In this document: positions 55,636 to 64,000 of the stretch, piece by piece | Layout of the letters: each line of letters starts with the position of its first letter | Numbering within the stretch: the stretch's first letter is position 1 | Assembly (NCBI GenBank): GCA_903831745.1 | Contig: CAIKYX010000274.1 | Location: 25,063-89,062 of the forward strand | Length of the DNA stretch: 64,000 bases | Direction of reading: 5' to 3' | Source of the DNA: Oligoflexia bacterium | GTDB lineage: Bacteria > Bdellovibrionota > UBA1018 > CAIMNF01 | Made by a program: the position numbers and the translations under genes | The notes under the pieces: generated by a model | The model's database searches: none | The model's input: only the letters and a program-made list of their open reading frames with translations | Told to the model about the DNA's origin: nothing

Positions 55636-56289
55636 CTATACTAGTGGCGGCTTTACGATTTTCCGCGAGATTCCAATCAGGAAGATCTCTTTGCTCTCTT
55701 TGCGCGTGCTTTTCGGGCGTAAGACTTCGACCCGGCCATAGCGGGCTTCCATTTGTTTTTTAAGATCGGTGAATTCATCTGAATGAAAGAATTTGCAGAC
55801 GAAATTTCCGCCGGGCTTTAAAAAGCGATCGGCAACATTCAGCGCCAGCTCGCAGAGCTCCATCGAGCGAGCCTGATCGGTAATCCTGATGCCGGTGGTT
55901 TTAGGCGCCATGTCCGAAAAAACTCCGTCAAAAGGCGGCATGAATCCATGCTCTTTAAAAATCTCCTCGAGATTCAGATCGCGCAAATCGGCATGAATAA
56001 ACAGTGCGTTCGGAAGGGTCAATTCGATTCGAATCAGATCGACTCCCAATACTCGCCCATTTTCGCCCACTCTCTGCGATAAAAATTGCGACCATGAACC
56101 CGGAGCGGCCCCCAGATCGAGCACTTTCATGCCGGGCTTGATGATTCGGTACTTCTGATCGATCTCTTCTAACTTGTAGATCGATCGGGCGGCGTAATTG
56201 TCTTCTTTCGCCTTATGATAGTAATGATCACGTTTGTTATATGCCATGGTTCGAGTCATCAGCTTACCTACTTGAAGGAGTAACTGCAA
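55636..56289 (-). CDS. rlmE: 23S rRNA (uridine2552-2'-O)-methyltransferase RlmE/FtsJ
   Basis: 'YAARSIYKLEEID', 'VLDLGAAPGSWSQ', 'DLRD', 'VFSDMAPKTTG', 'GGNFVCKFF' match the FtsJ K-D-K-E fold motifs. The true start may be an internal Met ('MAYNKRDHYY'). Confidence 0.85.
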   Translation of the reverse strand: MQLLLQVGKLMTRTMAYNKRDHYYHKAKEDNYAARSIYKLEEIDQKYRIIKPGMKVLDLGAAPGSWSQFLSQRVGENGRVLGVDLIRIELTLPNALFIHADLRDLNLEEIFKEHGFMPPFDGVFSDMAPKTTGIRITDQARSMELCELALNVADRFLKPGGNFVCKFFHSDEFTDLKKQMEARYGRVEVLRPKSTRKESKEIFLIGISRKIVKPPLV

Positions 56290-56455
56290 CCGTTCGGTTT
56301 ACCACAGAAAGAATTACAGCCAGAGTAACATTCAACGAATGTCGGGTGGCCGTTCAACGATTTTACTTAAAAACATCTATTTTTTAGCCTAAAATCAGAC
56401 GTTTCTTCTCTTTTAGCAATTGCCCGCGTTCGATGAACGACTTAATCTTTCGCTC

Positions 56456-57625
56456 ATGAAAATCGTATTTGCTTTGGCTTTCGCACTGACTCTCTCCTCG
56501 GGCTGTCATAAGACCGCACTCGAAAAAATCAAAGTCATGAAACCTGATCTCGAATCAGCCGCAGCCATCGCACTCGGGCCAGACGAAAGTGCTTTCTCGA
56601 AAGCAGCAGACGCCCCCACCCACTTTGCTACCACCTACGAGCCCTTCTATGACACCGGCACCGCCGGATCATTTTCAAGCTACGGTAGCGCCACCATTCA
56701 GTACCGCTATTTTCTAAACCCAAATGCCACTGCCGGAATTTTCATCCTGCCCGGTCGAACCGAGTCGATGAGAAAATATGCGGAAGTCATTTATGACCTT
56801 TATCGCCAGAACTACTCGATCTTTATCATGTCTCATCGCGGCCAAGGCGAATCGACCCATTTAGTGTCGAATGATCCTAAAAAAGTCGAGTTTCAGATCG
56901 GGCACGTCGACAAATACACAGACTTTACCGATGACGTAGAATCATTTTATCAAATCGTGCGCAGCCTTTGGCCGGCACCTCAAAAACTCTTCATGCTGGC
57001 CCACTCGATGGGGGGCGCAATCGGCGCACTCTACGTGTCGCTCGACGGTAATCAAGATAAATTTGATGCGATCGCACTAGTTTCGCCCATGTTTCTGATC
57101 AATACAGGAAAGTTCACTACGAGCGTTGCCGGAACCATTGCACTTGCACAAGACGGTAAAGGCGGAGCGAAGCAATTTGCACTCGGCGGCACGGGTCCTG
57201 CCCCTGAGAATCCAGACTTCAATACCACTGATAACGACGTAACGGGCTGCCGCGAGCGCTTCGACATGAATGTAAATATTCTTCACGCGCATAAAGAACT
57301 CAAACTCGGGCGAGTCAGCGCCGGTTGGTTCTATCAATGGGATCAGGGCACCCAACGCATTCGCGAAATCGGAACCCTGAATATTCATAATGACCGTCAG
57401 AATAAAACGCCGACGCTTATTTTTTCGGCGATTCCTCAGTCAGGGATTAGCCCAAGCGGAGACGATATTGTAAAAATCTCGGCGCACGAGCTGTACCGAA
57501 GCCATAACCCGAACGTCACCCAGATCATTCAGATTCCAGGTGCCCAACACGAAATCCTGCAAGAGATCGATACCCGCAGAAATCACGCACTCGTACGGAT
57601 CGTGCGCTTTTTTAGGAGCTTTTAA
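56456..57625 (+). CDS. Lipoprotein alpha/beta-hydrolase (lysophospholipase/monoglyceride-lipase-like)
   Basis: Lipobox 'LTLSSGC' from ATG 56456 (the track starts at 56420). 'GIFILPGRTES...HRGQGES' and nucleophile elbow 'MLAHSMGGAIG'. Confidence 0.65.
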   Translation: MKIVFALAFALTLSSGCHKTALEKIKVMKPDLESAAAIALGPDESAFSKAADAPTHFATTYEPFYDTGTAGSFSSYGSATIQYRYFLNPNATAGIFILPGRTESMRKYAEVIYDLYRQNYSIFIMSHRGQGESTHLVSNDPKKVEFQIGHVDKYTDFTDDVESFYQIVRSLWPAPQKLFMLAHSMGGAIGALYVSLDGNQDKFDAIALVSPMFLINTGKFTTSVAGTIALAQDGKGGAKQFALGGTGPAPENPDFNTTDNDVTGCRERFDMNVNILHAHKELKLGRVSAGWFYQWDQGTQRIREIGTLNIHNDRQNKTPTLIFSAIPQSGISPSGDDIVKISAHELYRSHNPNVTQIIQIPGAQHEILQEIDTRRNHALVRIVRFFRSF

Positions 57626-58365
57626 TGAAAAAGTTATCTTCGCTTTTATTTTTTGTTGCGATTTTGACGGCGCCCCTCGCGGCCCAGGCCCAGTTCTTTA
57701 CATTTAAAGAGCAATCCGCAAATTTTACCCCAGTGCAAAACAACACCTTTACCACTTTTCTCTCTCCGAGCGTTACTCGCGAAACTCTCGATCAGGTTAA
57801 ATTCAGTTATGATCCGAGCACCCAGCAAGGATCGGTCACTACTGATTCTCCTACCGTTTCGTATCGTTCGCTCTTATTGATCGGTTATGCCTACGGCTTG
57901 AGCCTCAATTCGGCCTCACTGAATTACACCCTCGAGCGCGATCGCAAGACTTTGATCGATGCGAGTTTTAACGATGAAGAATCGAAAGTAAGACGCGAAT
58001 TGAGCCTCGAAGGCGATATCCATCCGTTTCAGGAAAAAATGGACGAAATCGAGTGGCCGAGGCTTCTGAAATGGCTTGAACACTTTGATTGGATCAGTGG
58101 CATTTATGTAGGTGCTGGCGCAAAACGCGTATGGATGGCACTTCCGGGCACACATGGTTACGATAAGGAATTCGACCGTGTTTGGGGTTATAATTTCGAT
58201 GTTGGATACCGCAACTTCGTCGGTCATCGTCATCAATACCTGATGGGCTTCAAATTCTCGATTAACAATATTATTTCGCCGATCTACGATTCGCATTCAC
58301 TGTATAACCTGCAAATCTCGCTCGAGAGGAACATCCTCTCGCTTCCTCGCAAAAAGAAGAATTAA
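57625..58365 (+). CDS. Secreted hypothetical protein
   Basis: Signal peptide 'MKKLSSLLFFVAILTAPLAAQA'. TAATG stop/start overlap with the upstream hydrolase gene. No family recognised. Confidence 0.45.
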   Translation: MKKLSSLLFFVAILTAPLAAQAQFFTFKEQSANFTPVQNNTFTTFLSPSVTRETLDQVKFSYDPSTQQGSVTTDSPTVSYRSLLLIGYAYGLSLNSASLNYTLERDRKTLIDASFNDEESKVRRELSLEGDIHPFQEKMDEIEWPRLLKWLEHFDWISGIYVGAGAKRVWMALPGTHGYDKEFDRVWGYNFDVGYRNFVGHRHQYLMGFKFSINNIISPIYDSHSLYNLQISLERNILSLPRKKKN

Positions 58366-58380
58366 TTTAAGACCTAGTTC

Positions 58381-60199
<1,819 letters not shown>

Positions 60200-60234
60200 T
60201 CACCCGTTGCTTGTCATTATGCTTTTTAAAAAGC

Positions 60235-61056
60235 CTACCACCGATAATGTCGAATTTCTTCACCGCGAACCGCGATTCCGCTCATCGACTTAATCCCCAC
60301 CTCTAAATGCAAATCCGTGTAATCCTTGAAAACCGAAGACGCCGATTTCTTGGTTTTGATTCCACCGCGTTTTAACGGCAAATCAGATACCAAAAGAAGA
60401 GCCCCGATCGGAACCTTGCTCGCGAACCCGACGACGAACAGGGTTGCGGTTTCCATCTCAATCGCCAAAGCGCGCTCGTGATACAAGTCAGCCTTGAATT
60501 TATCGTTAAACTCCCAGAAACGATAATCGGTCGTGTGAACCACGCCCGTACGATAGTCGAGTCCTTTTTCTACCAGGATCTCGGAAACGAATTTTTGAAC
60601 TTTGAAGGTCGGAAGCGCCGGAACCTGTCTCGGCAAGAAATGGTGTGATACCCCTTCATCTCGAATCGCAGCTGTTGGAAGAATGAAATCACCCTTCTTT
60701 AGCGAGCGATGAAGACCGCCGCACATTCCGAGAAACAGAACGGCCTTGGGATCAATGACGGACAAACATTCGATAATCAATGCAGCGGTGGGCGACCCAA
60801 TCGAGAAATTGACGATCGAAACCCCGTCCTTTGGCGAATGGACCGAACTCATGGCCGAGCCCTGACATTTTTTAGCACCGGTTAATGCCGAGAATCGCTC
60901 GACATAATACTGAAAATTAGTCAGAATGATCTGTTTTTGAAATTGTTTAATCGAAGCACCGGTATAACGCTCCAAAATGTCGCGCGCGATTTTTTGTTTG
61001 CGTGGATTCGTATAAATTTTGTTAGTATTGGGAATCAGATAAGGGTTTTTTTCCAC
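60235..61056 (-). CDS. AMP nucleosidase-like (short form) nucleoside phosphorylase family-1 protein
   Basis: 'ILERYTGASIKQFQKQIILTNFQYYVERF' resembles the Amn catalytic-domain N-terminus. 'FLGMCGGL' and 'AIEMETATLFV' are PNP_UDP_1 motifs. 273 aa, no Amn regulatory N-domain. Confidence 0.6.
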   Translation of the reverse strand: MEKNPYLIPNTNKIYTNPRKQKIARDILERYTGASIKQFQKQIILTNFQYYVERFSALTGAKKCQGSAMSSVHSPKDGVSIVNFSIGSPTAALIIECLSVIDPKAVLFLGMCGGLHRSLKKGDFILPTAAIRDEGVSHHFLPRQVPALPTFKVQKFVSEILVEKGLDYRTGVVHTTDYRFWEFNDKFKADLYHERALAIEMETATLFVVGFASKVPIGALLLVSDLPLKRGGIKTKKSASSVFKDYTDLHLEVGIKSMSGIAVRGEEIRHYRW

Positions 61057-61137
61057 GTTAATAGATTACTCACGGTGTAACGGCGAAACAAGCGAAATTA
61101 TTCACTAAATGACACGCGCACTCGAGGAGGAGGCACC

Positions 61138-62076
61138 ATTACGAATCAAAATCCCGCGAATACGCGCCATATTCCGATTCTACTAGAACCGATTAGTGAT
61201 TTTTTAATCGAAGGAATCGCCCAATTACCTGCCGATGCTCCCGCCGGAGTGATCGTCGACTGCACTTTGGGAGGTGGAGGACATACCTCGAGTATCCTGA
61301 AAAAAATGAAGGCTCTTCATTTAAACATGAAGCACCGCGTTCTTGGGCTCGATCGCGATCCTGATGCCATTGCGCGGGCAAAGATTCGCTTCGAAAATGA
61401 GATCCGTTGTGGCGAACTTGAAGTAGTTCACTCTTCTTTTAGTCAGGGATTGGCTGCTGTAAACAACCGACCGATCTACGGAATCATGGCCGATCTCGGA
61501 ATTTCGAGCGATCAAATCGATTCAGAGACCCGTGGCTTTAGTTTTCGCTACCCGGCCCCGCTCGACATGCGAATGAACACCCATAACGACAATTCTTTGG
61601 CGGATCTGCTCGCTACCATCACCGAGACCGAACTTTCTGACCTGATCTGGAAGTACGGCGAAGAGCGCTTCTCGCGCAAGATCGCCCGAAAACTGATCGA
61701 CCTTCGCTCAAAGAATGAGTTTCCGAAGGATACACTGAGGCTCGCAGACGCCATTGCCTCGGTTTTTCCGCCGCCGATGAGACACAAACGCATGCATCCG
61801 GCGACCCAGACGTTTCAGGCGCTTCGAATTGCCGTCAATGAAGAGCTGCTCGAACTCGAAATCCTGGTTCAAAAGATTCTACCGGCAGTGCACACGGGTG
61901 GACGAATTGCCGTTCTTGCGTTTCATTCGCTCGAAGACCGTGTCGTCAAAGAAACGCTTCGCAATCAAGAGCTTTATTCGCTTCCGAGCCGCAAGGCAAT
62001 TCAGGCTTCTGACGAAGAAATCGAAGCCAATCCCCGCTCGCGCAGCGCTAAATTAAGGTTTGCGATTCGCAAGTAA
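61138..62076 (+). CDS. rsmH: 16S rRNA (cytosine1402-N4)-methyltransferase RsmH (MraW); proposed ATT start
   Basis: 'HIPILLEP', 'VIVDCTLGGGGHTSSIL', 'GLDRDPDAI', 'DLGISSDQID', 'FSFRYPAPLDMRM' are RsmH hallmarks. The conserved HxPxLL lies upstream of the first in-frame ATG (61249). The frame is open from 61081 with no ATG/GTG/TTG. ATT at 61138 follows 'GAGGAGGAGG'. Confidence 0.8.
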   Translation: MTNQNPANTRHIPILLEPISDFLIEGIAQLPADAPAGVIVDCTLGGGGHTSSILKKMKALHLNMKHRVLGLDRDPDAIARAKIRFENEIRCGELEVVHSSFSQGLAAVNNRPIYGIMADLGISSDQIDSETRGFSFRYPAPLDMRMNTHNDNSLADLLATITETELSDLIWKYGEERFSRKIARKLIDLRSKNEFPKDTLRLADAIASVFPPPMRHKRMHPATQTFQALRIAVNEELLELEILVQKILPAVHTGGRIAVLAFHSLEDRVVKETLRNQELYSLPSRKAIQASDEEIEANPRSRSAKLRFAIRK

Positions 62077-62099
62077 GCACGTTACGATTTTTTTAAGAA

Positions 62100-62366
62100 A
62101 TGAAGCGGTTTTTTCCAGGATGGACCATCCCCGTACTCATCGCATTTGCGTTCTCGACTGTCTGGCTCAGGCTCACTGTGGTCCGCACGACTTATGAACT
62201 GAACGAAGCCAACAAGACCCTTCACAATCTCAAACTCGAAAACGAAAAACTCGAACTCAAAGTGGCCCAACTCAGATCGCCTCGAAGACTGGAAGCGATC
62301 GCGAAACAGAGATTCAGGCTGAGTCCGCCGACTCCGGATCGAATCATTCAGCTTAAGGATGATTGA
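62100..62366 (+). CDS. ftsL: Cell division protein FtsL-like
   Basis: 88 aa with a single TM helix 'WTIPVLIAFAFSTVWL' followed by a coiled-coil 'NKTLHNLKLENEKLELKVAQL'. Sits between rsmH and the PBP gene. Confidence 0.65.
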   Translation: MKRFFPGWTIPVLIAFAFSTVWLRLTVVRTTYELNEANKTLHNLKLENEKLELKVAQLRSPRRLEAIAKQRFRLSPPTPDRIIQLKDD

Positions 62367-62382
62367 AAGTGACGACTAAGCC

Positions 62383-64000
62383 ATGAGCAGCACCTTTTAT
62401 CAGACTCCTGCAATCCGTATCAGACTCTCGGCTGTCATCGGCGTGTTTGCGCTCATCTCTTGTGGCATGCTCGTTCGTTCGACTTGGATTCAAATCTGGG
62501 GAGATGCAAGACTCGAAAATCTGGCCAAGAAACAGTTTCAATCCAAAATTTTGATGAAGCCTAGACGCGGACTCATTACCGATCGCACGGGCGAGCCGCT
62601 CGCGATCAATCTCGAGACCTCGAGTCTGGTCGGAAGCCCGGCTAAGATTTTGAAATCGCGTTCGACCCTGCACCTGCTTGCGCGGACGATGAATCTGAGT
62701 CCTAAAACGCTAGAAAAAAGGCTCGATCCGAAGAAATCGTTTATCTGGTTCGAACGCCATGTCTCGGACGAGCGCATGGAACACTTCAAGAAAACCGGCA
62801 TCATTCAGGCTAACGGCGATATGCCCGAAGGCTTGTGGGTCGTAAAAGAAATGAAGCGGGTGTATCCGCATAACGGCTTGGCAGCTCCGCTCATTGGTTC
62901 GGTGAATGTCGATACCGAAGGCCTAGAGGGTGTCGAGCTTTGGAAGAACTCGTTACTTCAAGGCAAAAGCGCTTCATTTGATGCTTTCAAGGATGCTTTG
63001 GGCCGCCCCACCCTTTATAACTCGTCAGCGCAAGCCAACATGAAAGACGGCCAGAACATCGAACTCAGTATCGATGCCTCGCTTCAGTATTCGGTCGAAG
63101 AATTGCTCGAGAGCTCGATGATCAAGACCCGCGCCCAAAGCGGAATGGTGGTCGTGATGGATTCAGAAACGGGCGAAATTCTGGCGCTTGCGCAATCACC
63201 AGCTCATAGTCATGTTCGCAAGATCATGGCGCTGACCGATGGCTACGAGCCCGGCTCGACCATGAAAGCGGTGCTCATTTCGTCTGCCATCAACAAGGGC
63301 ATCATGAAACTCAGTGACTCGCTTTACGGTCACTTGGGTAAATTTAAGATTCAGGGCCGTACGATCAGCGAGGCCGAAGCGCACGAAAAGTTTGGCTACA
63401 TTACTCTTAAAAAAATGCTCGAGGTTTCGAGTAACGTGGTGGCAGCAGAACTGGCCTTAAAGGTCGGGGCCGAGCGCTATGTCGCAAGTCTTCGCGAATT
63501 TGGGTTTGGTGCAAAAACCGGCTCGCAGTTTCCGGGCGAAATTTCTGGATGGATGCCGGCGCAACCGAAGAACATCAAACCTCTTACTCTCGCGACCATG
63601 GGCTTTGGCCAAAGTATCATGGTCACTCCGATGCAAATGCTCAGAGCCTATGCCGCTTTTTCGAACGGCGGATACCTGGTCGAGCCGACTTTGCTTAAGC
63701 GCGCTGACGGAGAGCATGCAAAGAAAATACAATTGCTTAAGCCCTCGACCGTTCATGATATTACCCAAGCCCTGGTCGGTGTAACCGAAGGCGAAAAAGG
63801 CACGGGCCACAAAGCAAGGGTCGAAGGCTATCATGTCGCCGGAAAAACCGGCACTGCTCAGACGGTAGACCCCCGCACGCACCGTTATTCGAATTCACGT
63901 TATATCGCTTCGTTCTTGGGATATCCGGCCGGAGTCAAACACCCGGTGACCATTCTTGCCCTTTTGGATAATCCAAAAGGAATCTATTACGCAGGCGAAA
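62383..64000 (+). CDS. ftsI: Peptidoglycan D,D-transpeptidase FtsI (class B PBP), 3'-truncated at window edge
   Basis: Hand-translated from ATG 62383 with no stop before the window end. N-terminal TM anchor, dimerisation domain, then 'GSTMK' (SxxK), 'SSN' (SxN) and 'KTGTA' (KTG) motifs. Confidence 0.85.
   Translation, partial: MSSTFYQTPAIRIRLSAVIGVFALISCGMLVRSTWIQIWGDARLENLAKKQFQSKILMKPRRGLITDRTGEPLAINLETSSLVGSPAKILKSRSTLHLLARTMNLSPKTLEKRLDPKKSFIWFERHVSDERMEHFKKTGIIQANGDMPEGLWVVKEMKRVYPHNGLAAPLIGSVNVDTEGLEGVELWKNSLLQGKSASFDAFKDALGRPTLYNSSAQANMKDGQNIELSIDASLQYSVEELLESSMIKTRAQSGMVVVMDSETGEILALAQSPAHSHVRKIMALTDGYEPGSTMKAVLISSAINKGIMKLSDSLYGHLGKFKIQGRTISEAEAHEKFGYITLKKMLEVSSNVVAAELALKVGAERYVASLREFGFGAKTGSQFPGEISGWMPAQPKNIKPLTLATMGFGQSIMVTPMQMLRAYAAFSNGGYLVEPTLLKRADGEHAKKIQLLKPSTVHDITQALVGVTEGEKGTGHKARVEGYHVAGKTGTAQTVDPRTHRYSNSRYIASFLGYPAGVKHPVTILALLDNPKGIYYAGE

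Overview
This 64-kb window is chromosomal DNA of roughly 50% GC with about 70 densely packed genes on both strands. I found no rRNA, tRNA, CRISPR array, transposase or integrase. Gene content and style (sheathed-flagellum-type cap operon, many secreted hydrolases, an Flp pilin, TIGR02147-like regulators) suggest a Bdellovibrio-like deltaproteobacterium, but that is inference only.

Confidently recognisable housekeeping genes:
- carB, recA, recG, greA, mreB
- rsmH-ftsL-ftsI (start of the division cluster, no mraZ)
- hutU-hutI, rlmE, pgpA, mepA
- an OmpR-type response regulator with a sensor-less histidine kinase
- a LolD/FtsX-type ABC exporter with LolA-like and outer-membrane partners

Envelope and motility genes:
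- lpxH, an LpxL-family acyltransferase and a GT9 heptosyltransferase-like gene
- a flaG-lpxH-fliD-fliS-(FliT-like)-TPR operon on the minus strand
- an orphan Flp pilin

Secreted proteins:
- an M3 oligopeptidase lipoprotein, a papain-like C1 peptidase, an amidase_3 protein
- a CAP-domain lipoprotein and an FGE (SUMF1) domain protein
- two alpha/beta hydrolases and many small signal-peptide proteins of unknown function

Most interesting observations:
1. A three-gene minus-strand operon (41303-45565) pairs a RelA/SpoT-like nucleotidyltransferase with a CrtY-like FAD protein and a large multi-cluster Fe-S protein. I cannot assign it to any described system.
2. Lipid A genes are embedded in and next to the flagellar cap operon, and flaG and lpxH are translationally coupled.
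3. A family of REP-like hairpin repeats occurs here. Two 47-bp copies lie in inverted orientation around a 1.9-kb cassette (Flp pilin, TlpA-like, EthD-like and a secreted protein); a third degenerate copy lies near 25 kb.
4. The FtsX-type permease gene is interrupted by a single in-frame TGA.
5. rsmH has no canonical start codon and may initiate at ATT after a strong SD.
6. A repetitive Cys/His-rich lipoprotein contains a 48-bp tandem DNA repeat.
7. An HD-GYP protein carries a pseudo-receiver domain.
8. A possible frameshift joins two adjacent minus-strand ORFs.

The supplied ORF track clearly accepts GTG and TTG starts, and several track starts were revised (e.g. 23323, 15122, 50393, 56456, 41095, 39944).
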